This document shows, piece by piece, positions 1-9,442 of a DNA stretch of 61,060 bases. This DNA comes from a virus (Duplodnaviria > Caudoviricetes). The number at the start of each line of letters is the position of its first letter. Positions within the stretch are counted from its first letter, which is position 1. The translations under genes and the position numbers were made by a program. The stretch is taken from positions 1 to 61,060 of IMG/VR virus record IMGVR_UViG_3300032257_000012. One strand, written 5' to 3'. The notes under the pieces are model-generated. The model was given only the letters and a program-made list of their open reading frames with translations, made no database searches and was not told the DNA's origin.

Positions 1-850
1 CGCACTAAACAGCTCAGTGACCGTCGTGCCTAAGTCATTAATTACTCTATGGAGAGTATCATCCGCTATGTGAGTTTGAATGTTAGCGTTCGCAGGTTCC
101 TTAGTGGCCAACCTGGCTATGATCTCTGACGCACTAAACAGCTCAGTGACCGTCGTGCCTAAGTCATTAATTACTCTATGGAGAGTATCATCCGCTATGT
201 GAGTTTGAATGTTAGCGTTCGCAGGTTCCTTAGTGGCCAACCTGGCTATGATCTCTGACGCACTAAACAGCTCAGTGACCGTCGTGCCTAAGTCATTAAT
301 TACTCTATGGAGAGTATCATCCGCTATGTGAGTTTGAATGTTAGCGTTCGCAGGTTCCTTAGTGGCTAACCTGGCTATGATCTCTGACGCACTAAACAGC
401 TCAGTGACCGTCGTGCCTAAGTCATTAATTACTCTATGGAGAGTATCATCCGCTATGTGAGTTTGAATGTTAGCGTTCGCAGGTTCCTTAGTGGCTAACC
501 TGGCTATGATCTCTGACGCACTAAACAGCTCAGTGACCGTCGTGCCTGCGTCATTTATGATTCTATGTAAGGTAGCATCACTTATATGACTTTGAATGTT
601 AGCGTTCGCAGGTTCCTTAGTGGCTAACCTGGCTATGATCTCTGACGCACTAAACAGCTCAGTGACCGTCGTGCCTGCGTCATTTATGATTCTATGTAAG
701 GTAGCATCACTTATATGACTTTGAATGTTAGCGTTCGCAGGTTCCTTAGTGGCTAACCTGGCTATGATCTCTGACGCACTAAACAGCTCAGTGACCGTCG
801 TGCCTGCGTCATTTATTATTCTATGGAGAGTAGCATCTGAGATATGACCA
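1..850. repeat. 129-bp coding tandem repeat, about 6.5 units
   Basis: cgcactaaacagctcagtgaccgtcgtgcc recurs at 1, 130, 259, 388, 517, 646 and 775. Confidence 0.97.
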
Positions 851-963
851 GTAACCGACGCGGCGTGGTTCGCCAAGGGAAGGGTATCTGTCGCTTCAAA
901 TTGTGCGAACTCGACGGGGGCGCCCGTGGGGGGGTTAACTTTAAGTGGGATTCTTTCAGCCAT
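1..963 (-). CDS. N-terminal part of a 43-aa-repeat fibre-like virion protein; runs off the left edge and continues at 61060-60617
   Basis: ATG at 963 overlaps the stop of the upstream gene (TGATG). Reads MAERIPLKVNPPTGAPVEF... then repeats of HIxDxTLHRxINDxGTTVTELFSASEIIARLATKEPANANIQ, open to base 1. Absent from the ORF track because it crosses the edge. Confidence 0.8.
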   Translation of the reverse strand, partial: MAERIPLKVNPPTGAPVEFAQFEATDTLPLANHAASVTGHISDATLHRIINDAGTTVTELFSASEIIARLATKEPANANIQSHISDATLHRIINDAGTTVTELFSASEIIARLATKEPANANIQSHISDATLHRIINDAGTTVTELFSASEIIARLATKEPANANIQTHIADDTLHRVINDLGTTVTELFSASEIIARLATKEPANANIQTHIADDTLHRVINDLGTTVTELFSASEIIARLATKEPANANIQTHIADDTLHRVINDLGTTVTELFSASEIIARLATKEPANANIQTHIADDTLHRVINDLGTTVTELFSA

Positions 964-1295
964 CAGCAAGCTCCTACTGGTATGTTGCTGATGGTAAGGT
1001 CAGCAAGGCGGAAGGGTATCTCCCCATTTATAGTGGGGATGGAGAACAATGTTCCCGCTGCGTCACGGACTGGGATACAGACATCCACAACGTTCTTCGT
1101 CCACTTGTCAGCGCCGAGCCCCACGAGCGTTTTACGGTACTCTGCCCTAGGATCAAGTTTATCATAGTACACCGCTGCTACGCTAGCGACGCCCGTGGGG
1201 GTGTCCACAGCCCCCAAAGGGGGACCATCCCCGCTCAATATTTGCACTTTGTCGATGTCAATTCCATACTGGAACTGTTCAGGACTAAGGGACAT
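963..1295 (-). CDS. hypothetical virion-accessory protein
   Basis: ORF with GAGGTG RBS before MSLSPEQ; translationally coupled to the repeat protein. Confidence 0.65.
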   Translation of the reverse strand: MSLSPEQFQYGIDIDKVQILSGDGPPLGAVDTPTGVASVAAVYYDKLDPRAEYRKTLVGLGADKWTKNVVDVCIPVRDAAGTLFSIPTINGEIPFRLADLTISNIPVGAC

Positions 1296-1318
1296 ACACA
1301 GCACCTCGCGAAATAAAG

Positions 1319-1402
1319 TTGACCATTCTAACTAAGTTAGGTATGATGTTTACCATAAACCTCTCCCGACCCCCTTTAGCCCACACTATGTGGGCATTTT
1401 TT
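1319..1402 (+). ncRNA. candidate ~50-nt small RNA: sigma70 promoter immediately followed by an intrinsic terminator
   Basis: TTGACC-N17-TATGAT at 1319-1347; hairpin gcccaca-cta-tgtgggc plus T-run at 1379-1402; no ORF between them. Confidence 0.35.
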
Positions 1403-1937
1403 ATCCAACCGTTATTTCCAAAATAGACACAACTAAATCGTTGCTGCTATTATTTTGCAGTGAAAATTCAATGTTCGACCCCACAACAACCACAAATGGC
1501 TCAAACAATAGCGGCGTCCCGGCGAAACTACCCGCCGTCGCCCCGACGCTCACGCCGTTATGTGTTGCCTTCACCGTAAAACTCTGCACATCCCCAGTCA
1601 CTTGGTCTTCGACGGCGGTATGCCAGGTGAAGTTGACAGCGGTTGTCAATGGGGTGGATCTAATTATTCCCGTGAGCGTCGGGGCGATGGGGAGCGTCGT
1701 AAACGTATGCAGCGACGTACCCGGCGGACCTTGTGGGCCAGCCTCGCACTTCTCAACAACCTGAATGTCAGTGGCTTGCTCAACAACGGTGGTTTCGGTT
1801 TGAACCTCAACAACTTCAATGACTTGCTGTTCTTCAAGGACAACTTCAGAAGGACCAGCCTCGCGCAGAATAATATCTCCGCAATCCTCGACGGTTACGA
1901 TAAATTCTTCAGTCTGAACTTCTAGTACTTCTGCCAT
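1401..1937 (-). CDS. virion-accessory protein with acidic V/E-rich N-terminus and short collagen-like GPQGPPG
   Basis: ORF track, composition and position in the minus-strand accessory operon. Confidence 0.65.
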   Translation of the reverse strand: MAEVLEVQTEEFIVTVEDCGDIILREAGPSEVVLEEQQVIEVVEVQTETTVVEQATDIQVVEKCEAGPQGPPGTSLHTFTTLPIAPTLTGIIRSTPLTTAVNFTWHTAVEDQVTGDVQSFTVKATHNGVSVGATAGSFAGTPLLFEPFVVVVGSNIEFSLQNNSSNDLVVSILEITVG

Positions 1938-1946
1938 AGGGACCCC

Positions 1947-2294
1947 CTAGATTGAATTTGTCGGGGCAACTTCGATAATCCCCTCAACCAGTAGGACAGT
2001 ATCTCCAGAGGGAAGTGTCAAAAGTAGATCTTGGGGTCCATTTTGCCACGTTAGTACCGTCGTCGCGGCTGCATCAAGATAGTAGTCAATTGCCCCAGGA
2101 ACCGCATCCAAGACTAGCGAGCCGTCATTGGTTGTGAAGGTGAGAAGTACTGTGTTAGACTTCGGCTCGGCTCTTACTTTGCTGATTGCGGAGCCTCCCG
2201 TGAGGGGTATAGGGGTGCCGGTGCTATCCTTATAAATAAGCCGTTGCCTAAAGGTGGCGCCCTGGAAGATTTTAAGATCGATATTGGCCGGCAT
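1947..2294 (-). CDS. tail-fibre adaptor-like beta-sandwich protein
   Basis: MPANIDLKIFQGATF...PIPLTG...VLLVEGIIEVAP pattern typical of small phage fibre adaptor proteins; AAGGGA RBS. Confidence 0.6.
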   Translation of the reverse strand: MPANIDLKIFQGATFRQRLIYKDSTGTPIPLTGGSAISKVRAEPKSNTVLLTFTTNDGSLVLDAVPGAIDYYLDAAATTVLTWQNGPQDLLLTLPSGDTVLLVEGIIEVAPTNSI

Positions 2295-2371
2295 TTTAAA
2301 TCCCTTAAGAATACGGTAAGTGTTTGTTTGGTAGTATATCACTTCCGAACACAACACAACAGGCATTAGAA

Positions 2372-2866
2372 ATGAAAAAACGAATAGGGTTTAAGGGGAT
2401 GGTTAAGCATCCACGGTACGGCGCTTGGAGTGTTATGATTTATCGGTGTGACAATCCAAACCGCTGGGATTACAAACACTACGGCGCCAGGGGTATCAAG
2501 GTCTGCGACGCTTGGTATGACTTTCAGACCTACCTAGACGATACCAAACACTTAGATTTCTCAGACGGTATGTCAATAGATAGGATAGACAACGACCAAG
2601 GGTACTTCCCAGAAAATGTAAGAACCACAACCAAAACACAACAAGCGATCAACCAACGGGGAAGGAAAGATAATACATCAGGGGGTAGGGGGGTGGGTTG
2701 GAGTAGGCAACACAACAAATGGCGCGCTCGGATATGGATCAACGGGAAGCGTATCCACCTAGGGCTCTTCACTGATATCGACGAGGCTAAAAAAGCAAGA
2801 ACCGCAATGTCCAACTACCGCAACCACATGTTAACCGCATACCCCACAGAAGGAGTAGACCATTGA
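2372..2866 (+). CDS. HNH-type homing endonuclease with C-terminal AP2 domain
   Basis: YGARGIKVC...SIDRIDNDQGYFPENVR, then GVGW...KWRARIWINGKRIHLGLF (AP2). Confidence 0.85.
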   Translation: MKKRIGFKGMVKHPRYGAWSVMIYRCDNPNRWDYKHYGARGIKVCDAWYDFQTYLDDTKHLDFSDGMSIDRIDNDQGYFPENVRTTTKTQQAINQRGRKDNTSGGRGVGWSRQHNKWRARIWINGKRIHLGLFTDIDEAKKARTAMSNYRNHMLTAYPTEGVDH

Positions 2867-3078
2867 ACACCCACCCAGCAATTAAACCATCACAGAAATG
2901 GGCTCACATTTCAGGCGAAGCAAGCGACGAGACGATAATGTGCCTAGCAAACCTACACCCCAACATCACCATGCCCGCCATGGTAGTGACAATGAACGAA
3001 CAAGGCTATATCATTGCTACCCCGCTGGGGGATTTCTTGAAATATATGATCGATGTGACAGAGGATATAATCTCATGA
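2863..3078 (+). CDS. hypothetical protein
   Basis: ORF track; overlapping start/stop with both neighbours. Confidence 0.5.
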   Translation: MNTHPAIKPSQKWAHISGEASDETIMCLANLHPNITMPAMVVTMNEQGYIIATPLGDFLKYMIDVTEDIIS

Positions 3079-3945
3079 GTGAGAAAATGGCAGAAACTAA
3101 AAAACGGCGTGCGCGGAGTTTCCCTAACAGTTTTCTTAATAAAATTGTGAAGGATGACTCTCTAGCTGCAATGCGTCATATGCCCGACCAGAGTGTTGAC
3201 CTTGTAATTACATCGCCCCCGTACAACCTAAAAAACTCATCAGGCAATGGGATGAAAGACGGCAGGGGAGGAAAATGGTCAAATGCAGCCCTTATCAATG
3301 GCTATGAAGAACATGACGACTGTATGCCACACGAACAATATGTTGAGTGGCAGCGTAGTTGCCTACAAGAAATGCTTCGAGTCACTAAAGATACTGGGGC
3401 AATATTCTATAACCACAAATGGCGGGTACAAAAAGGGCTTCTACAGGATAGGCAAGACATTGTATCTGGCTTTCCTGTACGACAAATAATTGTTTGGAAA
3501 AGAAAAGGGGGTATAAACTTTAACCCCGGCTATTTCTTACCTACCTTTGAGGTCATTTATTTAATAGCCAAAAAAGATTTTAAACTTGCTCCTAAAGCGA
3601 ATGCGCTAGGTGACGTTTGGGAAATACCTCAAGAATTTAAAAACGAACACCCCGCACCATTTCCTATAGAGCTTACCGATAGAATAGTAACTTCTTGCCT
3701 AGGTGATACCGTACTTGATCCATTTATGGGATCTGGAACAACCGCTATATCTGCCATTAATCACGGTTGGAATTATATAGGCATTGAATTATCAGATAGC
3801 TACTGCAAAATGGCTAGGCAACGGGTTCAAAACCATAAAAAGAGCTAAACAAATCAGGAGGAAGGCCATATCATTGCCACCCCGCTGGGGGATTTCTTGA
3901 AATATATGATCGATGTGACAGAGGATATAATCTCATGAGTGAGAA
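3002..3945. repeat. 84-bp direct repeats (3002-3085 and 3862-3945, 2 mismatches) flanking the methyltransferase
   Basis: atatcattgcYaccccgctgggggatttcttgaaatatatgatcgatgtgacagaggatataatctcatgagtgagaa occurs twice, offset 860. Confidence 0.95.
3075..3848 (+). CDS. DNA amino-methyltransferase, beta class (N4-C or N6-A)
   Basis: DLVITSPPY catalytic motif, HPAPFP, and VLDPFMGSGTT SAM-binding motif in beta order. Confidence 0.92.
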   Translation: MSEKMAETKKRRARSFPNSFLNKIVKDDSLAAMRHMPDQSVDLVITSPPYNLKNSSGNGMKDGRGGKWSNAALINGYEEHDDCMPHEQYVEWQRSCLQEMLRVTKDTGAIFYNHKWRVQKGLLQDRQDIVSGFPVRQIIVWKRKGGINFNPGYFLPTFEVIYLIAKKDFKLAPKANALGDVWEIPQEFKNEHPAPFPIELTDRIVTSCLGDTVLDPFMGSGTTAISAINHGWNYIGIELSDSYCKMARQRVQNHKKS

Positions 3946-4129
3946 TGCAAATGAAGAACGAATAGCGGAGTTGGAAAGGTTGATTAAGATCACCAACAAT
4001 AGAGCCATATATTTAGAAGGGCTACTGGCAGACGCGGCAAAACTTCTGGTGGAGGTTTGTCAGAGGGTTGACACACTTACCCACGACGTGGCGGAGCTAA
4101 CACGATTGATGGGGGATGATGGGAAATGA
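3935..4129 (+). CDS. small coiled-coil hypothetical protein
   Basis: ORF starts inside the second repeat copy with a GAGGA RBS. Confidence 0.55.
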   Translation: MSENANEERIAELERLIKITNNRAIYLEGLLADAAKLLVEVCQRVDTLTHDVAELTRLMGDDGK

Positions 4130-4207
4130 TTGGCTTCTGGTTAAGTACAATAAGTATTGGGGCGGTATTGGCATGGATATTTTACATGCATTTCAAAGGA
4201 GGCAGCG

Positions 4208-4522
4208 ATGGCGATAAGAGTTGATTCAGAATATGGGGTGCGACTTAAGCTTAGGCGTGAGGAAACTAACATAAGTCTCTTCGCAGTTTCCAGATACCTA
4301 GGAAAGTCTCCACAGTACGTGCGTGAGTTGGAGGCGGGGAATATCGATGTGATATCCAAGAAAACAAGTAATTGCCTTGACGCAATCTTCAATCCAGATC
4401 TCCCAGAAATACTTCGTAAATTTATGGAGCTTCCAGCGAAAGAATTTTCGGAGATAAAAACTCTCATAGACGACATTCATACGGTGAAACATGGGCCACC
4501 CCCGCCAAAAAAAGATGACTGA
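4208..4522 (+). CDS. XRE-like helix-turn-helix protein
   Basis: GVRLKLRREETNISLFAVSRYLGKSPQYVRELEAG; AAGGAGG RBS. Confidence 0.7.
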   Translation: MAIRVDSEYGVRLKLRREETNISLFAVSRYLGKSPQYVRELEAGNIDVISKKTSNCLDAIFNPDLPEILRKFMELPAKEFSEIKTLIDDIHTVKHGPPPPKKDD

Positions 4523-4994
4523 AGAAGAGAGAATGTCCCCACCCATCATCAACTTGGTGGGGGTATGGGTTGGCATCCTTGAAGTGTGTGAGTTTGCGGG
4601 GCGAGATCAAGTGGGGCGTGTGCTGTACAAAGTTCGCTGCAAATGTGGTTCAGTGCGAACACTCCACGGGTTTCTGTTGGCGCGAAAAAAAGTATCCGAC
4701 TGCGGGTGCTTGTCCAGCCGACGCGCAAAGTACGAAGCGGCGCAGCGTCGTGTCGAAGCATTTGACACAACCACCCCCATCTCCGATCTCGGAATTTGGG
4801 AGAGCTATGTTTCGGATCGAACGCTTATCGCCTCTTGGAATGCTGAGTTTGGAGAGGATCGCAGCGACGTAAGGGAGGCACAAGATTGGATAGCTAAAGT
4901 TCGTAGATGCCAGGAGCTGCTTAACAGCGGAGATGCACACCTTCAACACCAAACAAAAAAGAAACTATTTAAACTTTTGGAGAAAATAAAATGA
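4516..4994 (+). CDS. hypothetical protein with a CxCG...CGC module like the N-terminus of HNH/AP2 proteins
   Basis: NLVGVWVGILEV...RCKCG...DCGC. Confidence 0.5.
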
Positions 4995-5464
4995 ACGTAC
5001 AAATAATATCTCACTTCACCAACCCAGCGCATAAGATTCCAAAGTACGCAACACCTATGAGCGCTGCGGTGGACCTTCGTTTATATTTGGTAGAGGACGG
5101 GGCTACAAAAACATTAGAGCCTGGAGAATCTTCGATGGCTAGCTTAGGAATCCAACTAAACATGACGCGTGACATTGCCGCCTTTATCTTCCCCCGATCG
5201 GGGCTAGGATCAATAGGGGTAAGTGAGTACGGCGAAGGTGCCGGGCTAGTGATCACCAACGGGGTGGCGGTGATTGACGCAGACTATCACAGGGTGCTAT
5301 TCGCTCCACTAGTAAACCGCACCGCCGAGCCGTTGGTGCTGGCGCACGGGGATCGTATTTTGCAATTAGTTTTTATGCCGGTCGTGCGTGCGGAATTAGA
5401 AGAGGTTGATAGTTTTGACAACCCGTCGGCACGTGGCGGGCTAGGCTCGACGGGGATAAAATGA
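4991..5464 (+). CDS. dut: trimeric dUTPase
   Basis: Five motifs present: AAVDL, PRSGLG, VIDADY, GDRILQL, RGGLGSTG. Confidence 0.93.
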   Translation: MNVQIISHFTNPAHKIPKYATPMSAAVDLRLYLVEDGATKTLEPGESSMASLGIQLNMTRDIAAFIFPRSGLGSIGVSEYGEGAGLVITNGVAVIDADYHRVLFAPLVNRTAEPLVLAHGDRILQLVFMPVVRAELEEVDSFDNPSARGGLGSTGIK

Positions 5465-5865
5465 TGGACGCTGACAAAGACGATCTTTTGAAAAGCCTGT
5501 GGGCGCTGATGCAGGCATGTAAAAAGTACCCAATAAAAGTAACCATAGGTGGGCTTGAGAGATCCTACATCCCACTGGCGGTAGGGGAGCTAAACAAAAG
5601 AGTGTTGGAGATCGCAACACACAAAGCGCTACTACTGCCCATCCTCTACCACCAAGCTAATACGGTTCTGGAGGTACGCCACGACGAGCACGACGCAAAT
5701 AAAGTAGTCCAGGCAATGACTGATAGGATTATCTTAATAAAGAATATATTCTTCCCAGCGATAGACATCATCAAGAATTCAGAGGACGAACAGCACATAG
5801 CTGAGATAGCGGAGAAGTGTGTCTTGGGAGCAAAAAAACTATTAGAGGACTACGTAAATGATTAA
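5461..5865 (+). CDS. hypothetical protein
   Basis: ORF track; coupled overlaps. Confidence 0.55.
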   Translation: MMDADKDDLLKSLWALMQACKKYPIKVTIGGLERSYIPLAVGELNKRVLEIATHKALLLPILYHQANTVLEVRHDEHDANKVVQAMTDRIILIKNIFFPAIDIIKNSEDEQHIAEIAEKCVLGAKKLLEDYVND

Positions 5866-6172
5866 GAGAGAAGATATACAAGTGATAGAGACCACCGACG
5901 AAGTGACGGGGGATGTTACCGTAAAAGCCGCATTGGCATTTACCTGTATGAAACATCTATCAGGCACAAGTGTTACAGCGGCGAATATTGACGTGGTGAA
6001 TATCGCTAAAGAAGAGGCTGTCAGCAACATACAAAACCACATTCACGAGGATATTATTCGCAGACTATTAGACATCCGAAATCTAGTGCTACAAATGCCA
6101 ACACACACTAATGCGGATAAACTAACAACTATACAAACCATTCGTGTCCTAATCAAAGAGTTAGAGGAATGA
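5858..6172 (+). CDS. hypothetical protein
   Basis: ORF track; GAGGA RBS. Confidence 0.55.
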   Translation: MIKREDIQVIETTDEVTGDVTVKAALAFTCMKHLSGTSVTAANIDVVNIAKEEAVSNIQNHIHEDIIRRLLDIRNLVLQMPTHTNADKLTTIQTIRVLIKELEE

Positions 6173-6332
6173 CTGAGAGAAGAAAATTCGTGAAGATCGG
6201 CGCGGCGACGATAGCGACGTTGCTCAGCAAACCCGTACTGGGAGGCAATACCTGCTCCCCATCCGAAATGTTGTCGGGGAATCTTTCTTCCCCGACTCAA
6301 CAATGCCAACGACAAGCCAAAGGGGGTGGTGT

Positions 6333-6974
6333 ATGGAAATTATAGAAGTGTGTGGGCACGCAGGGGGCGGGAAAGATTATTGGGCAGCACGACAAATAGA
6401 AAAGGACGCAGAGCGAGGCATTAAGAGTGTACGGTGTGGCTTCGCGGATGGAGTTAAGGATTATTGCTCCACTTATTTTGGTATAACTAAGGAGGATGTT
6501 ATATGGGTAAATTTTAGTTATGACGTGTTTTTGATGGTGAAAGACGAGCTGTGCGACATGGATGATCGGTTCTACGGGGTGGAGCCAGTTACTTGGCGCA
6601 AGCTATTTGACAGAGTTATGGCTGCATACAAAAACCCAACCCCAGAAAACCTACGCCAAGTGTTGGTGTATTTCGGCACAAACGTGGTGCGAAATGAGGT
6701 GTGTGGCGGATATTGGGTAGATGAGTTGTGTGGTGTGTTGAAGTACATGACAGCCCAAGGGGGCATCGACAAAGTTTACATCGCGGATTGGCGCTTTCCC
6801 AATGAAGATCTTACGAAATTTGGTAGCGTAGCACACTTGGGAATCCATCGCGTTCGAGTCAACACACCACTTGACGTGCGGATTCAGCGCCTAGGGTACG
6901 ACGCTAGCGGCGCCCCGTCGGAACAATTTATCGACCAGTTGGAAGTTGACGAAGAGGTGAGTGGAAATGAATAA
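6333..6974 (+). CDS. deoxynucleoside monophosphate kinase
   Basis: P-loop GHAGGGKD, FADGVK, LRQVLVYFGTNVVR, IADWRFPNE. Confidence 0.8.
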   Translation: MEIIEVCGHAGGGKDYWAARQIEKDAERGIKSVRCGFADGVKDYCSTYFGITKEDVIWVNFSYDVFLMVKDELCDMDDRFYGVEPVTWRKLFDRVMAAYKNPTPENLRQVLVYFGTNVVRNEVCGGYWVDELCGVLKYMTAQGGIDKVYIADWRFPNEDLTKFGSVAHLGIHRVRVNTPLDVRIQRLGYDASGAPSEQFIDQLEVDEEVSGNE

Positions 6975-7446
6975 TACAATATTCTGGACAGTACTGGCGC
7001 TCATAGAAGGGGGGATTGCCATCTGGTTTTTATGTATGGGGAGCGTGGGGGGGTATGTAGCAGCATCGATAATGTATTTTACCTTCGGCACCTTCGCCGC
7101 AGTTCAGTATCATGTGAACGTCCATGGACTGGAATGGCATAACCGACGTCGAAGTGGAGCCAGCGATGATTCCTGGGTTCTTTACATTGGGGGAGGCTAT
7201 GCGAATCCACAGCATCCCCCTCTCTCTAAAAAAGTTATTAAGGAGGTGGTAAGCCAGTACGATATAGAGTGGAGGTACGTCTGGAGGGAGTTCGGAAAGG
7301 TGAAAGTGTATGACGTCGCTGACGTCGCTCACGTCGCTCAGTGGGTATTGATAACTGCCCAGCCAACGAAGCCCGGAGGGAAATATTTCACCTCCCCATT
7401 GTTGGTTGGGATTCGATTTAAAATTATAAGAGAGGTTGAGAAATGA
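6967..7446 (+). CDS. membrane protein, two N-terminal TM segments
   Basis: Hydrophobic N-terminus in the ORF track; GAGGTG RBS. Confidence 0.5.
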   Translation: MNNTIFWTVLALIEGGIAIWFLCMGSVGGYVAASIMYFTFGTFAAVQYHVNVHGLEWHNRRRSGASDDSWVLYIGGGYANPQHPPLSKKVIKEVVSQYDIEWRYVWREFGKVKVYDVADVAHVAQWVLITAQPTKPGGKYFTSPLLVGIRFKIIREVEK

Positions 7447-7742
7447 GAACACAAACTTTCAATATGTGCGATGATTGCTACCACCTTGTGGGCGAAATGT
7501 GCCACGAACCAGAGTGCATCTTCTGTCGCAAAACTATGAAAGAGGTCAGTAAAATTTTAGACGTGCTGTACATCAGACCGATCATGGACGGGGTGCAACG
7601 AGATTTTGAAATGGAAGACCGTAGAGATTTTGGGAAGTCACAGAAATGATCCTAACAAAACTAACTCCGTTACTGGTATGGGCCGTGGGTCTTATTTTAT
7701 GCATCGTAGTGGCGTACCTCGCGGCGACGTGGAGAGATTGAA

Positions 7743-8051
7743 ATGCGGAAACGATTTAGAAGACCAAAAGTCACGAAGAACCAACTAAAGGTGTGGTGGG
7801 GGAGGGGTCACACAGATGCCGCCCCAGATTTACAGGCAGGTTGGGGTGCTAAGATCTGCGTACAAGACGCACATCTCATAATGAACTCATTGGCGGGGCC
7901 ACGTTATGGGGCTGGTACTGGAGAGCAAAGACCGAGCCTACTTGATGAATTGCGTGAAAGAGGATATGATCTAGAGACGATTAAGTTCTCTATTGAAAAA
8001 CTACCATCCGACGAGGTGCCCGATGAAACCGACTACTTTAAACTGTCATAG
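7743..8051 (+). CDS. hypothetical phage protein
   Basis: ORF with GGAG RBS; ends SLLDELRERGYDLETIKFSIEK. Confidence 0.55.
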   Translation: MRKRFRRPKVTKNQLKVWWGRGHTDAAPDLQAGWGAKICVQDAHLIMNSLAGPRYGAGTGEQRPSLLDELRERGYDLETIKFSIEKLPSDEVPDETDYFKLS

Positions 8052-8282
8052 GTATGGAAAAATAACATTTGGCACAGGGAGGTATGTGGAGGTCTCTATG
8101 GGCCACTGGAACACATCGGTGGAGGTTAAATATGTCAAAACTCTTTTGGAAGGGGTTGACTTTATGTTGGAGCACCTACACAAGAGTGGGGTGTTCGACC
8201 ACGACGACCGCCGAACACACTCTGGGCTTTTAGTCTTTCGAGCTAACGTCGTACAGAAGATGGGGGGGTCGATTGTGGCGCT

Positions 8283-8627
8283 TCAATCCTCTGGAGAACG
8301 TCTTGTGTTGCCATGCTCTGCGGCCAACTGAACCTGTATCTTTGATATTTTCTCTAAGAGCGCGGAATTGTTGGTATTTATTTCTCCAAGTATGATCCGA
8401 TAGTCGGCGCTCTGAGTCTCCCGAATGTCCTCTATTTTATCCATAATATCTTTATGATTTTTGTTAAGCTCTTCTCTAGAGGCAAACGTCTTAGATATGA
8501 GCTTAACATCTTCTAAGACGTTTGATGTGATATACCCCCCAACACTGACCAGACCAATCCCTAAGAAACTCAGCCCAGCTTTTACCGCTATCTCTCCCGT
8601 TGTCACAAGCATCCCCCACCCCATCAA
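8283..8627 (-). CDS. single-TM plus coiled-coil protein, holin-like candidate
   Basis: TM segment then coiled coil, directly downstream of the DUF5675-like gene. Confidence 0.45.
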   Translation of the reverse strand: MMGWGMLVTTGEIAVKAGLSFLGIGLVSVGGYITSNVLEDVKLISKTFASREELNKNHKDIMDKIEDIRETQSADYRIILGEINTNNSALLEKISKIQVQLAAEHGNTRRSPED

Positions 8628-8659
8628 GTAATATTAGTAGTTAATACTATACTTAATTA

Positions 8660-9148
8660 CTAGTCTATTATCAAAATATTTGGTATACCTTTTGCAAAAT
8701 CCCGTGCCAAATGCCCATGTAGCTTGGTTTGGGCGACCCCACTGCTCACCACCCCCACACTATCTAAATTCCCAGCCAGATATTTGTGCTCTCCCAACCC
8801 AATAGCCACGCACCCTTGGAGCTGAGAGGCGACGTTAGCGACGTGAACCAGGCAAGCAAATCGACTCTCTTCTTTGAAATAATCAGGGATTTCATATTGA
8901 TGTTGAAAAACTTTAAGGCGGTGGTTGACGATTGCCCAGGCATTTCTCTTCGATCCGTTGTGGGACACCAAGGTGTAAGTGCCGGTGGGGATGCAGGATA
9001 TATATTTTTGGTTGTCGCGCCAGGGCTGCTCTACGCTTGCGAAGTTCTCCACTTCCGTAATGTGTGTTGGGAGACATTCACATACAGACAACCTACCGAG
9101 GGTGCCAAATTTATCGGTTGAGAACTGTCTTTTTAAGGTAAGTAACAT
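8660..9148 (-). CDS. DUF5675-like protein, candidate endolysin (L,D-peptidase-like)
   Basis: LTLKR...TLGRL...VEQPWRDNQKYISCIPTGTY...VHVAN...LQGCVAIG pattern. Confidence 0.7.
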   Translation of the reverse strand: MLLTLKRQFSTDKFGTLGRLSVCECLPTHITEVENFASVEQPWRDNQKYISCIPTGTYTLVSHNGSKRNAWAIVNHRLKVFQHQYEIPDYFKEESRFACLVHVANVASQLQGCVAIGLGEHKYLAGNLDSVGVVSSGVAQTKLHGHLARDFAKGIPNILIID

Positions 9149-9442
9149 AGCATTGACCTTTGTGGTTGTTGTGTGGTATTGTGCGGGTATGAAAATAACA
9201 GTAGATACAAGCGATACCATGGCAGCTTCCATTTTAGCTTTACTGGAGCGGCAAATCAATTGCAATGAGATATATGTCGAGGCGGTCCTATATGACTACA
9301 TTCGGTACATCTGGTGTGGCGATCCTTTTTGCGAGACTGGAATTAGGCTCACTGGCAGCACAATGTCCTACCATAAGATCCCAGTGATTAAGGTTAAAAA
9401 GAAACACCAAAATGTAGATGTTGTGAGGATGGGGGATTTGGA

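Noticed and set aside
1-850. CRISPR array or long terminal repeat at the window ends
   Set aside because: The 129-bp period is a multiple of 3 with an open frame, so it is a coding repeat. The end identity falls inside it and is not evidence of physical terminal repeats.
3075-3848. Complete restriction-modification system
   Set aside because: No cognate endonuclease lies within the repeat-bounded cassette; it appears to be an orphan methyltransferase.
8692-8710. Additional sigma54 site (minus strand TGGCACGGGATTTTGCA)
   Set aside because: GG-to-GC spacing is 11 rather than 10, and it lies inside a coding region.
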